DNA of 64,000 bases, taken from assembly GCF_004010195.1 (NCBI RefSeq), contig NC_057719.1, positions 23,301,004 to 23,365,003 on the forward strand. The letters are read 5' to 3'. Below the pieces are notes generated by a model. The model had not been told where the DNA came from. It did no database searches and saw nothing but the letters and a program-made list of their open reading frames with translations. Below, one piece after another: positions 25,545-38,178 of the stretch (positions are counted from its first letter, which is position 1; each line of letters opens with the position of its first letter). The DNA comes from Chiloscyllium plagiosum. Its lineage: Eukaryota. The position numbers and the translations under genes were made by a program.

Positions 25545-25670
25545 GTGCAATTTGTGGGGCTGCATTCCCTATCTTACAAATGTGCCCACTCTTCAAAAGA
25601 TTTCTTCAGCTGTCAGGTGCTTTGGGATGTCCTGAGGTCATGAAAGGCACTTTATAATGAAAGCTTTATT
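25545..25670 (+). mobile_element. Deu-type SINE 3' end relic
   Basis: gctttgggatgtcctgaggtcatgaaaggcactttataa tail motif. Confidence 0.5.
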
Positions 25671-25984
25671 CTTTTTCCACTGTGACCTGCCTGTCAGCCT
25701 GATGCTATTGAAAGGTGGAGGTTGAATTGTTTTTTTAAAGGTTGCATGAGAGTCTCCAGACAATTCAGTTGTTAATATGAATTTCATCCTGTTTTACACC
25801 AAGGAATTCACTCACGAGATCATGAAGCAGGGATTTGACAGTTCCTTTGTATCTCATCCCCTGTAGGTTATAATGCAGGTTTTTAAAAGAAGAAGCAGTA
25901 GCACTACTCATTTTGTGAGAATTCTAGGTCCTCACATCTTGTTCTTTATTCTTTGCTCAATTATCATCAGAAATAGGTAACTCT

Positions 25985-27052
25985 GGGATGTGGGCATTGC
26001 TGGATAGGCCAGGACTTTTTTTATTCACTTGTGGGACACGGATGTTGCTGGCTGGCCATCGTTTATTGCCCAAAGCTAGTTGCCCTTGAGAAGCTGGTAA
26101 TGAGCTGCCTTCTTAAAACGCTGCAGTAGATAGCCCCACAATGTTGCTAGGGAGCGAATTCTAGGATTATGGCTCGGCCACAGTGAAGGAACAGCATTAT
26201 ATTTCCAAGTCAGGATGGTGAGTTGTGCGGAAGGGAACTTGCAGTGGCTAGTGTTCCCACATATCTACTGCCCTTGTCCTTCCAGATGGAAATGGTCGTG
26301 TGGGTTTCGAAAATTCTGTTTAAGGATCTTTGGTGAATTTCTGCAGTGCATCTTGTAGATGATACACACAGCTGCTACTGAGCATTGGTGGTCCCTAACT
26401 GCTCTGGAGTAGTTGGTGAGGAACTGCCTCTTGAACCATTGCTGTCCTTAGGGTGTAGAGACACATAGTGCTGTTAGGGTTCGAGCTTCACAATTTCGAC
26501 CCAGGGACAGAAAAGGAACAATGACTTAATTCCAGGACATGATGATGGTGTAAACATGCAGCTGGTGATGTTCTTGCGCATCTGCTACCCTTGACCCTCA
26601 CGGCGTTAGAGGTTACGGATTTCAAAAGCAGCCTTGGTGAGTTACTGCAGTGTACATTTTGTAGATGACACTCACAGCTGCCATCGTGCATTGGTGAGGA
26701 AGGGAATGAATTTTGAAATTGGTGGAAAGGTAGCAATCAAGTGAGTTTGTCTGGATTATGTTGAGCCTCTTGATTGTTGGAAAGGCTATACACTTCCAAG
26801 AAAGTTGGACAATCTTCTGCCTATTAGCAGGTGGACAGGCATTGGAGAGATTGAAAGTGAGTCACTCACTTCTGACTTCCAAGCATCAAATCTGCTTTTG
26901 TGGATGCAATAGTTAAATGGTTGGCCAGTTTAATTTCTGGTAAATGGTAACAACTAGAATGTTGATAGTGGGGAGTTCAATAATGGTAATGTTGATAAAT
27001 GTTGAGGGGCCATTGATTAGATTCTCTCTGGTTGGAGATGGCTATTGCCTGA
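25985..27052 (-). mobile_element. L2-like LINE 3' region containing a second nested copy (~26013-26390)
   Basis: Two homologous runs (cacagtgaaggaacag..atttccaagtcaggatggtg vs acagaaaaggaacaa..attccaggacatgatgatggtg). Confidence 0.6.
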
Positions 27053-27074
27053 AATTCAGTCTGTCTGGGGGACT

Positions 27075-28090
27075 TAAGGATGAACAGCACGGAAACAGAC
27101 CCTTTGGTTTAATTCATCCACACCAAACAGATATCCTAAATTAGAGTAGTGCTGGAAAAGCACAGCAGGTAGAACAGCATCCGAGGAGCTGGAAAATCAA
27201 TGTTTCAAGCAAAAGCCCTTCATCAGGAATGATTTTTGCCCAAAACGTTGATTTTCCTGCTCCTTGGATGCTGCCCTACCTGCTGTGCTTTTCCAGCACC
27301 ACTCTAATCTTGATTCTAATCTCCAGCATCTGCAGTAGTACCCACTTCCACCTAAATATCCTAAATTAATCTAGTCCCATTTGCCAGAACTTGGCCCATA
27401 TCCCTCTAAACCCATCCTATTCTTGTACCCATCTAGATACCTTTTTAAATGTTGTAATTGTACCAGTATCCACCACTACCTCTGGCAGCTCATTCCATAT
27501 ACACACTGCTCTCTGTGTGAAAATGTTGCCCCTTAGGTTACTTTTAAATCTCACCCCTCTCACCTTAACCCTATGCCCTCTAATTCTGGACTCCCCCAAC
27601 TCAGGGAAAAGAACTTGTCTGTTTACTGTATCCATGCCCCTCATGATTTTGTACACTTCTATAAGGTCACCCTTCAGCCTCTGACACTCCAGGGAAAACA
27701 GCCCCAGCCTATTCAGTCTCTCCCTATAGCTCAAATCCTCCAAACCTGGCAACATCCTTATAAATCTTTTCTGAAACTTTTCACGTTTCACAACATCCTT
27801 CCTGTTGGAGGGAGACCAGAATTGCACACAATATTCCAACAGTGGCCTAACCAATGTCCTGTGCAGCCACAACATGACCTCCCAACTGCTGTACTCAATA
27901 CTCTTACCAATAACAGAAAGCATAACAAATGTCTTCTTCGCTATCTTGTCTACCTGAGACTCCACTTTCGAGGAATTACGAACCTGCACTCCAAGGTCTC
28001 TTTTTTCAACAACACTCCCCAGGACCTTACCATTAAATGTATAGGTCCTGCACTGACTTGCCTTTCCAAGTGCGGCACCTCACATTTATT
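27075..28090 (-). mobile_element. CR1 (HER1-like) 3' fragment
   Basis: 190-aa open stretch with LVRPLLEYCVQFWSP; 3' UTR interrupted by a Penelope mini-element. Confidence 0.9.
27144..27355. mobile_element. Penelope-derived fold-back mini-element; 13-bp TSD
   Basis: TSD atatcctaaatta at 27131-27143 and 27356-27368; inverted arms meeting at caggaat. Confidence 0.85.
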
Positions 28091-28101
28091 CAATGCATTT
28101 C

Positions 28102-28428
28102 TAGATTAGATTAGATTGCCTACATTGTGGAAACAGGCCCTTCAGCCCAACAAGTCCACTTCAACCCTCTGAAGAGTAACCCACCCAGACCATTTCCCTC
28201 TGACTAATGCACCTAACACTATGGATGGGCAATTTAACATGACCAATTCACCTGACCTGCACATCTTTGGACTGTGGAAGGAAACCGGAAGAACACCCAG
28301 AGAAAACCCACGTGGACACGGGGAGAATGTGCAAACTCTACACAGACAGTCACCCAAGGCTGGAATCAAAACCGGGTCCCCGGCGCTGTGAGGCAGCAGT
28401 GCTAACCACTGAGTCACCATGCCGCCCT
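28102..28428 (-). mobile_element. HE1-type V-SINE
   Basis: Full-length homolog. Confidence 0.9.
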
Positions 28429-30115
28429 ATCTACTATTACTCTACTACTGATTATGATGTAGCAATAATATCACTTGGCAATTACCTCCCCTTAAAGATT
28501 GCTAAAACAAAACTCATATATTAATGAAATTTGATGAGCCATGTTTACTCCCACTCACCACGTTCACTTCAGAAAAGATTCTGGAATAAGCATTTCTCAT
28601 ATCTTGGCAGTCTCCAAAACAAAATATTTCTGCCTGATGTACAGCAACAGCAGTTGTCACTCCATTCCTGCCCTGCAGTGAGTCCCTGATGTTGCTTCAG
28701 TGACTCCAGAACCGCTGGGTTTCATGGCAAAACTTTCAAAAAATCCTAGTTTCTTCACAAAACCAACTTTCTAAGCAAACCTCCTTTATAATCAACTGCA
28801 ATGGACAGGCTACAAGGATCAATGGGCAAAAAAACAACTCTTCAGGCAAATACGATCCCTTAACCTTCAAATGGTCAGTGAAAACAAGGAAAATGCCACC
28901 AAAACCCTCTGATGTTCACCTTGAAGTGTGGAAGACATTGATATTAATAAGTGGGAGGAGCTTATGCCAATTATTCGAAACAGCAGCAACTCAACAATCA
29001 GTTAGTATCAGGCTTTGAATCCAAATGCATTCATTAGAAGGCAGAACATCATCTCAGAGGGAAGAAAAGGAAACAAATCCTGATCTCTGAAAATCACTTA
29101 ATTTTGGTAAGTCCTGCCACATAAGCTCTCATGTTTGGGTAGACCATCTCCTAAATAGACACGGCAAACCCATGACCGTGAGCAGTTGTCATCTGTGCTG
29201 ACAAATGGACCTTACACTGGGACCTGAGTGCCCTGGGCTGTGTCCATATCCAATCTCTATGAAGTGGAATTGAGAAGAAAACTTGAGTAATGCCAAATAA
29301 CCAGATAATCTTTTAAGAATCGGAAACAGTAATAATAGCCTCCGTTCATTTAGTTTTAAAGGATAATATTCTTTTTAAGGCAGCGCTCTTCCAGAGTTAA
29401 ACCTTCTTCAGGCATTGAGACTTCACAGGATCATGCACTCCTGATGAAGAGCAATACTATAATAGACACTGTTCAGATAAATATGCACAGCAGCGTGTTT
29501 TTTTATCCATTGACTTGAATAGCTGGAAGATCAGGGACTGTCAGCCTGTGATTTCCTGCACACCCTGATTGAGGAAATCAACCCTTACCTCAGTGCAGAA
29601 AGATCAATTTAAGGAAAAGTGTCTTGAAACCAATTCAGTTAAGTTTCTCAAGTATTTTTGTTGAAGCTAGCACATCTGTCAGCAACACGGGACATCTAGA
29701 CAGATAACACATTAGTTGTGAAGCTGCTGTTATGGGAGCTTGTAAAGACAACATGACATGAATATGACCCCATCTGTCAACTGAACTACAGTGAGGAGTA
29801 TACACCATTCGCCTGTGGAGAAAATAACATGACACAAAACACATAAACCTATAAAAATGACAAGGAAAATAGATACTTTGCTCCTCATGACAACATTTTT
29901 TAACAACCTAATAGCAGAATGAAATTGCATTGAAAATTTCAGTCCACTAGGAAAAAGGCAGAAAAAAAATTGTTCCGACAGGGAGATGCCATCCTGAAGA
30001 ACAACTTATTACTGTTATTATTTACACATAGAACACCTACAGGGGGAGAAAAAAATGAGTAAATTTTGAGAAAGTAGATAAATTACTTCAAGAGCCGGAC
30101 CTGATTTTCAGTCTT

Positions 30116-30192
30116 TTGCCCAAAACGTGAATTCTCCTGCTCCTCGGATGCTGCCTGACCTGCTATGCTTTTCCAGCACCACACTCTTGACT
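30116..30192 (+). mobile_element. Penelope pLTR fragment; 15-bp TSD
   Basis: TSD ctgattttcagtctt at 30101-30115 and 30193-30207. Confidence 0.85.
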
Positions 30193-30216
30193 CTGATTTT
30201 CAGTCTTGTCCAAGCT

Positions 30217-30618
30217 CATAGAGATGTACAGCATGTACTCGTCCATGCCAAGTAGATGTCCCAACCCAACCTAGTCCCACCTGCCAGCACCTGGCACATA
30301 TCCCTCCAAACCTTTCCTATTCATATACCCATCCAGATGCCTTTCAAATATTGCAATTGTACTAGCCTCCTCTAATTCCTCTGGCAGCTCATTCCATACA
30401 CATACCATCCTCTACATGAAAAAGTTGCCCCTTAGGTCTCTTTTATATCTTTCCCCTCTCACCCTAAACCTGTGCCTTGCAGTTCTGGACTCCCCCAACC
30501 CAGGGAAAAGACTTTGTCTATTTATTCTATCCATGCCCCTCATGATTTTATAAATCTCTATAAAGTCACTCCTCAGCCTCGGATGCTCCAGAGTAAACAA
30601 CCCCAGCCTATTCAACCT
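30217..30618 (-). mobile_element. CR1 (HER1-like) 3' fragment
   Basis: Reverse complement of 31550-31970-type sequence. Confidence 0.9.
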
Positions 30619-30663
30619 CACCCAATCTCCCAATCTCACCCAATCTCCCAATCTCAACCAATC
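30616..30663 (+). repeat. Short tandem repeat (ccaatctc[a]c units) at a CR1 5' junction
   Basis: ctcacccaatctcccaatctcacccaatctcccaatctcaaccaatc. Confidence 0.8.
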
Positions 30664-30924
30664 ATGGGTTAATTATTCTTCAGTCTGCCACCATAAACTA
30701 TACATGAAAGGCATTTCCCCTTATAACTCAGCATTGAGCACTTGATATACTCCAAGAGCAAATAATGGCTGCTGAAGTGACAAGGCAACAACTGAAAACT
30801 CCCGCTGGAGAAGCAGGGGGTAGTCTTTTGAAGCTGGAGGGAACATGTTTAAGTTAAGCTTTCCAGTAACGCTGATAGTAAGTTATTAAAATAATTTTCT
30901 CAAAAGGATTTTTCAAATCTAAAA

Positions 30925-31216
30925 AGAATCATGACAGTGCAGAGATAGTTTGGCCCAATGAGGCTGCACTGACTCTCCACACAACATTCCCCTGCCCCCT
31001 TCCACCATAACCCTATATTTACTCTAGCTAATCCACCTAGCCTGCACATTACGACGCAATTTAGCACGGCCAATCCACCCAACCTGGAAACCAGATCACC
31101 CAGCAGAAACCCATGCAGTCACAGAAAAAAATGTACAAACTCCACACAGTCACACGAGACTTGAATCAAACCTGGGTCCCTGGTGCTGTCAGGCAACAGT
31201 ACTAACCACTGAGCAC
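30925..31216 (-). mobile_element. Diverged V-SINE
   Basis: Head and partial V-domain on minus strand. Confidence 0.75.
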
Positions 31217-31535
31217 TGAACTACCTCTAAATAAGCAAAGATATGGTTTCAGATCTTTAGCTGCATTTGAGTTTGATGTCCTCTTTTATGGCCTTAGGTA
31301 GGAATTTATGCTGACCAACCTTGTTTGATTTTCTTTGAAACTGTGGGAATTGGTTTAACAGATAATCCCGTTTAGTACTTGTTAGTAGCTACGTGATCAA
31401 TAATTTTGATTAAGATTTTCTGCACTTCCAGTTTATAAAGTGAAAATGTATGAAGTTGATAGTTTTCATTGTTAACATTCTTCGAAGAATTCATTAAAAC
31501 AATGGGAGTATACTTAGTGTTAATATTATGTTAAG

Positions 31536-31983
31536 TGAGCTATAGGGAGAGGCTGAACAGGCTGGGGCTGTTTTCCCCGGAACGTCGGAGGCTGAGGGGT
31601 GACCTTACAGAGGTTTACAAAATTATGAGGGCATGGATAGGGTAAATAGGCAAAGTCTTTTCCCTGGGGTCGGGGAGTCCAGAACTAGAGGGCATAGGTT
31701 TAGGGTGAGAGGGGAAAGATATAAAAGAGACCTAAGGGGCAATATTTTCACACAGACGGTGGTACATGCATGGAATGAGCTGCCAGAGGAAGTGGTGGAG
31801 GCTGGTACAATTGCAACATTTAAGAGGCATTTAGATGGGTATATGAATAGGAAAGGGTTTGGAGGGATATGGGCCAGGAGCTGGCAGGTGGGAATAGATT
31901 GGGTTGGGACATCTGGTTAGCGTGGATGGGTTGGACCGAAGGGTCTGTTTCCATGCTGTGCATCTCGATGACTCGATGACTCT
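31536..31983 (+). mobile_element. CR1 (HER1-like) 3' fragment, relatively young
   Basis: CpGs retained; tail ctcgatgactcgatgactcta. Confidence 0.9.
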
Positions 31984-32104
31984 AAGTGTTTTGCTACATT
32001 TAAGAAGGGCACTGTTCTACCTTGAATAGCCTACCTTCAAATTGATGACTGAGTGGTTAATATATTCAAACAGCAACCAGTTTATTCACAGAATTTTATA
32101 GCTG

Positions 32105-33150
32105 TAACCTCTAAAGGTACTGAAAGAGGCCATTCAGCCCATTATGTTTGCATTGGCTCTCTGAGCATTTTAACTTAGTTCTAATCTCCTGACTTTGCCT
32201 AATAAACTTATGCATCATTTCTATTTAAATAATCAATCAATGTGCTCTTGAATGTCTCAATTTAAACTGCCTTCACTTCACTTTCAGGCAGTGTATTCCA
32301 TACCATAAGTACTTGCTGAGTGAACATTTTTTTTTGTCATCTTGCATTTACTTCTTCTGCAGGGCATTTAATAAGCCTTCTGGTTCTCGATTCATTCGCA
32401 ACTGAAAAGTTCCCGAACAACTTTCTCCACATCCTTCGTGATTTTGAAAACTTCGAACAAATCACCTCTTAACCTCTCCAAGGGAAGCAATCCTAACTTC
32501 ATCAATCTTCCCTCACAACTGAAGTGTCTCATTCCTGAACACATGCGCTTTAATTCTTCTGACTGTCTGCCATGATGGATCTTGTCCACTGCCTTATTAA
32601 ATTCCATATAGACAACATGCTCTATGCCAATCCTAGTTGCGGATAATCTTATCGCTTAGCATTGATTCCAAAAATTTGGTCACCAGCCTATAGTTATTTG
32701 ACTTATTACTCGCATCCTTTTTGAATAATAATATAAAGTTTGCAAGTTTTCAATCCTCTGGTATTTCACCTGTAACTAGTAAGGATTGGAAAATGATCCT
32801 CAAAGGATCTGATATTACCTCTTTGGCTTCTACTAATAGTCTCAAATACAAATCATCCTCCCCTGGTGATTTATCTACCATCAAGGAACTCAGTCCTCCC
32901 TACACCTCCCGCCACCCTCCCCCTGCTTCCCTTATATTGTTTTTAATTTTACCTAATATTTCACACTCCATCTCTTTAGCTAGAATGTCTGTAATATCTC
33001 TCTCCTTTGTGAAGACGAGACAAAGTATTCCTTTAAAATTCTGCTCACATCTGCATCCGCGCACAAGTTACCATGTACATCTTTGATAGACCCAATCCAT
33101 TCCCTTAGACAACCTTTTGCTCTTAATGCACTGACATAACATCTTCCAGG
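32105..33150 (-). mobile_element. Old CR1 fragments
   Basis: EFNKAVDKIHHGR and LERLRGDLFEVFKI on minus strand; KDWK segment. Confidence 0.6.
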
Positions 33151-34570
33151 CAGAGATTCTTCAATTTAATTAATAGCCTTATCGAAAGCAAACCCTTCAC
33201 TTCAAAACATCTTGCCAAGATAGCAAATCTGTCTCCAGGACATTTTTGATGCCAGTAGTTCTTTATGTTGCGGCAACTCTTTCAAGATTTTATGGTCTCA
33301 TGCATTTTCAATCCCTGTAATAATTTTGATTCTAAAACAGTTTTTACATTCCTCTACTTATGAAGCTGTATGGTGTGTAAGAAACTAGAAGATTCCTAAG
33401 CCAAAGATTTCTTTTAACTCTCTGTACTGCCCCATTTGGCTTACTGACTCAGCAACTGGATTACTTTTCTAAAATCCTTCGATGACAATAAATTCTTTTG
33501 GACATCCAAACACATAACATCCACCAGTTCACCTCTATTCAGAGCATATGTTACTTCCTCATGGAACTCCAATGCATTAATTAAATATGATTTCCTTTTC
33601 TGCCATTAATTATCCAGAGCCTGGATCCCCCAGTTGTATCTCAGTTGACCGTACCACCAACAGTGGCCATTGGTGATGCTGCAAAGCAATGAAGTGCTCA
33701 CAGCCTCTGATTGGTTCACAAAACCTTGCAGGCAAATCTCCCACAACTGGAGTTCACGATCTCAGCAAATGTGTGTTGTTTGAATAATCAATTGGCACTT
33801 AATGTGGTGGACATTCGCAAGAAGAGGTGAGGCCGAACTCTCTCTGACTCTCCAACCAATGGATGAGATCTCCCCTCCTCACCTCTCCCATTACCCATTA
33901 TATTCCCAAGTGGGAACATTTGATAACTGTCTTTGTAAGCTTGTCCAGAAGCATTCTGTGCATATTATAAAAGTTGTTAATTACTTTGCCTAATTTCAAA
34001 AATGGCAACTTGTGCAATTGGAGCTTCATTCTGTTGTGTGGCTGGCATCACAAATTGTAATATACAGGAGGATGTGCCTTACATCAAAATGGCACAAAAT
34101 CAGGATTACTCCAAATACTTGAGGAGTTTGGCACTTTTTTCCTATCTGTGGCACATGTGAGGTATGGACATGCTTTTCACTAATCTTTATTGAATTCTGC
34201 TTTTTGTCTCCTATTGTAAGGTCCAAGCTTTCTGCACCAAAACATGAACTTTTCATTCTCAGAGAAAATTCCAAGCTGCTAATTATTTTGTAGAATGACC
34301 AACACTACAATTTAATGTTAGCTACTTAGTAACACATTGAGTTGTCACTTTATTCTTTCTAATGACATTTGAATCCACAAGTAGTGGATTCATTCAATGT
34401 TGCCTACTTTAAATTGCAGACACTTGGATATGAATGCTTCGGATTCTATTCTGCCTGTGTTGACATGTGTCTTTTCACGTTGGCATATATGTGATGTGCT
34501 TGTCTGGCTTAGATGTCTTCACCTGATTGATGAGCTTTTCTTGAGTTGACCTGTCTTGCTCCATCCAATG

Positions 34571-34715
34571 CTAAAAAATGTGTTGCTGGAAAAGCGCAGC
34601 AGGTCAGGCAGCATCCAAGGAGCAGGAGAATCGACGTTTCGGGCACGAGCCCTTCTTCAGGAATCAGAAGCCTAACGAAGCTCTGATCTCCAGCATCTGT
34701 AGTCCTCACTTTCTC
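34571..34715. mobile_element. Penelope-derived inverted mini-element with intact hammerhead core (34629-34664, minus); 16-bp TSD
   Basis: TSD cttgctccatccaatg at 34555-34570 and 34716-34731. Confidence 0.9.
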
Positions 34716-35246
34716 CTTGCTCCATCCAATGTACTGTAGCTTGCTGGTCTTGACCTGATATTTTGGGCGAATGTAAAAGTAGGTCACTATGGCCCACATA
34801 TTGCTAGTGACAGCAAAACCATCAGCATTCACCATCTTTACACTTCTCAAAAGCCAGTAACTGCTTCAGGAGTCTACACATCTGCAGTTAAATGCAGAAT
34901 TCTCGAAGTCTTTGTCAGAAGGTCTACATTTCTCCATGGGGTGCATGGCCAAGAGTATCATTAATTGGAAATCACTGAAATGACAGAAAAGTCTCCTTCT
35001 ATGCTATTAGTCACTGAGTAAAAACTCTTGAAACAATGCATTTTGTTCAATAAAGTGTAAGTGGGTTTCAAATAGTATATTAATGACATAAATACAACTG
35101 GAAAACCTCTCTAGGCTTGCTTTACATTAAGATTCAAGGGAAGGTGCAGGAAGTTGAGAGGGGATTTGAGAAAATTATTTTAACCCAAACTCACAGCCTA
35201 AAAGGGTAGTTGAAGAATGTACCATCAAGATGTTTAGGAAGTTGGG

Positions 35247-37063
35247 GGAGGGAGAGAGGCTGAACAGGCTCGGACTATTTTCCCTGGAGTGTCAGAGGCC
35301 GAGGGGTGGCTTTATACAAGATTATAAGATCATAAGGGGCATAGATAGGGTGAATAGGCAAGGTCTTTTCCTCAGTGGAGGGGAGTCAAAAACTAGAGAG
35401 CATAGGTTTAGGGTGAGGGGGAAAGATTTAAAAGGGACCTAAGGGGCAATATTTTCACGCAAAGGGTGGGGCATATATGGAATGAGCTGCCAGAGTAAGT
35501 GGTAAAAACAATGACTGCAGATGCTGGAAACCAGATTCTGGAAGTGGTATAGGCTGGTACAATTACAACATTTAAAAGGCTTCTGGATGGGTATATGAAT
35601 AGGAATACAGGTCGTTCTCCTATAATGCATCTTTGATCAATGTGATTTGGCTGTAACATGATTGGTGAATTGGGAACGATGTTTTTGAAACACAAATTCC
35701 CATTGGCTATAACTTGATTCCATCCCCGGTTACCTTAAGTCCACTCTCGGTGCTTACTTTAACAAAAGAGGTTGGATGACGGGATGAATCTTCCCTGACC
35801 TTAATGTTGATGTTTTCAAGCATTTATTTTTAGAAATTATTACAGGAGAAAAGATTTGGATTTCAAGATTGTCCTCATTTTGGACAATGCGCCAAGCCAA
35901 CCTCCCACCACTAGTGAGCTTTTTGAAAACACCAAAGTTTTATTTCCACCTCCAAACACAACCTCTCTTATTCAACGCACAAGCAGGGTGAAATAGCAGC
36001 TTTTAAAGCTTATTATTTAAGGCGCACATTCAGGAAGCTGATTTCAGCTACTGAGGGGGACAATAAGAAGAGTGTCCCTCAATTTTGGAAGAGCTTTAAC
36101 GTTAAGAATGTCACTGACATCATTGTGGAAGCCTGGGATGATGTCAGTAAGGACTGCCCGCATACAGTTTAATGGAAGTTTCACCCAAATTTTCTTCATG
36201 ATTCTAAAAGCTTTGAACCATCAGAGGAGCTTCCAGCAATCAAAGAACATTGCGTCGCTCTTGTAAAGCAAGTTGGATTTGAAGGAGTGGAAACTGATCT
36301 ACAACAACTTGTTGCTGTGGGGGAAATTGAAGCTGGAGATGAAGCTGATGAAGTCCAGGATGCTGCACAACACAAACTTTTCACTTTTGTCCTCTATCCT
36401 GAGGGAAGTTGAGAAGCAGTTGCTGCTCTTAGACAATGACTACAATGAAGAACATGGCAGGATGGCATGTTGTGGCATAAAGTCTTAACTGGCTCCTTAT
36501 GACCAGCTTCTTTGTGAAAGAAGGTAGATGCCAAAACAACAAAAACTATATGCCCTTTTTAAGCCAACCCTCAAGAAATAGTCTGAGGACAATAAACCAC
36601 AGCCATCCACTTCTGGACTAAATTTATTTTTCGCACCGGAAGGTAATGATGATGCTGATGATGGCCCTCTGTTCTTGTCTTAATCCAGTACTGTAACTCA
36701 GCATACTCAGAAACCCCTTAAAGTGTTAAATTTATTGTATTATTTCATTAAAATCTATGACTTTAACATTTACATAGACTGTGCTGTTGTTTATATTAGG
36801 CTACCTCCTATTTTTGTTTCAGTTTTTACTGATATTTTTGGTGGCTCACGCCAATCCTGTTTTTCCCATAGGCCCCACTATTTCTTTTGCGAGATTTTCT
36901 ATAACACAAGGTTGCACGAGAATACAACTACCCCGTTATAGCAGAACAGACTGTCCAGCTCAAATGCTAGCAAAGGGTTTAGACTAATTTAGGGTATCTG
37001 GTCAGCATGGATGAGTTGGACTAAAGGGCCTTTTTCCATGCTGTACATCTGAATCTATGACTC
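35247..37063 (+). mobile_element. CR1 3' fragment split by a Penelope tail (35505-35541) and a Tigger element
   Basis: CR1 runs to gggtatatgaataggaa (35605) and resumes ~36960; aagtggta duplicated at 35497-35504 and 35542-35549. Confidence 0.8.
35608..36953 (+). mobile_element. Tigger/pogo DNA transposon, internally deleted
   Basis: NKRGWMT, FKIVLILDNAPS, FPPPNTTSLIQ, IAAFKAYYLRRTF (DDE_1); imperfect TIRs CAGGTCGTTCTCCTATAATG / CAGTCTGTTCTGCTATAACG; TA on the left, TC on the right. Confidence 0.85.
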
Positions 37064-37189
37064 TAAATATTTCGATGAAAGCACTTAAAATGCCATAGCA
37101 TACAAGGCTACTAAATTAAAGGCTAGAAAATGGGATAGATTCTTGATTACAACTATCAACATCATGGGCAAACTGGCCTTTATCGGTGC

Positions 37190-37690
37190 TGTAAATACTC
37201 AATGAGTCTCAGGATATATTTGCTTTAGAAGCAATATAAGAAGCATTCACCAGATTGAGTCACTGGATGAGAGTTATCTTTGATGATAGTGTGAATAATT
37301 TAGATCAATAGCCTCTGGAGTTTAAAGAGATACATAAATTAGAAGGGGCTTGACAGACTAGACACTATGACATTGTTTCCCCTAGTTAGGGAATCTAGAG
37401 CACAAGGCACAGTTTTGAGTAAGTGGACGATAGTTTAGGGCCAAAGTGAGGGTGAATTACTTTGCTCTGAAGGCTGAAGTATTAGGAATTGTCATTGCCA
37501 GGATGTGTGGATTTCTGTCATTGAGTATGTTCAAGGCCTAGATTAACAGGTTTCTGGTCTGTTTGGAATCAGGATAAATGAGGAATGGGAAGGGAAGTGA
37601 AATTGAAGCACAAGCAGGAGATTAGCCATGATTGTACTGAAAGGTACACAGCCTTGAGGGACCAGATAATCCACATCCCATATCTCTTAT
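37190..37690 (+). mobile_element. Old CR1 3' fragment
   Basis: Diverged ctctggagtttaaaga..gggaatctagagc..ttagccatgattgtactgaa. Confidence 0.55.
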
Positions 37691-37957
37691 GCAATTAAGT
37701 TTTCATGAAGACTAATTGTTGAGATGTAAGCAAACATAGTAAATTATTTTCATTAATCCCACAAACAGTAACATGATAAATGACCAGCAATTCTAATTTT
37801 GTGAGGTTTTATTTGTGGAATAAATGTTGCCAAAAACATCAGAAGTTTTCTCACTCTTCTTCATACAATGTTTACGTTTACATCCACCTAAATAGAAAGC
37901 CAGGACCTCAAGTTATCTAAATTGAGGTAACCCAGACAATGAACATTGCACAGCTCA

Positions 37958-38178
37958 GAATAGAGAGATGGAATACCTGCAGGGCAGAAAGAGGCCATTC
38001 ACACCACCGAGTCCATACCAACCCTCTGAAGAGCATCCCACCCAGACCCACTGCTCCCCCATCACCTTATCCCCATAACCACACATTTACAATGGCTAAT
38101 CCACTCAACCTGCACATCCCTGGGCACTACATGGCAATTTAACATGGCCAATCCACCTAATTCACATACCTTTGGACT
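37958..38178 (-). mobile_element. V-SINE 3' half
   Basis: aacctgcacatccctgggcact..ggcaatttaacatggccaatccacctaa. Confidence 0.75.

Noticed and set aside
29385..29455. Hammerhead-like ctgatga with flanking gctcttc/gaagagc inverted repeat
   Set aside because: No GAAA..UH half of the core
34068..34161. AG..GT-bounded segment EDVPYIKMAQ..
   Set aside because: No polypyrimidine tract and an in-frame stop before the donor
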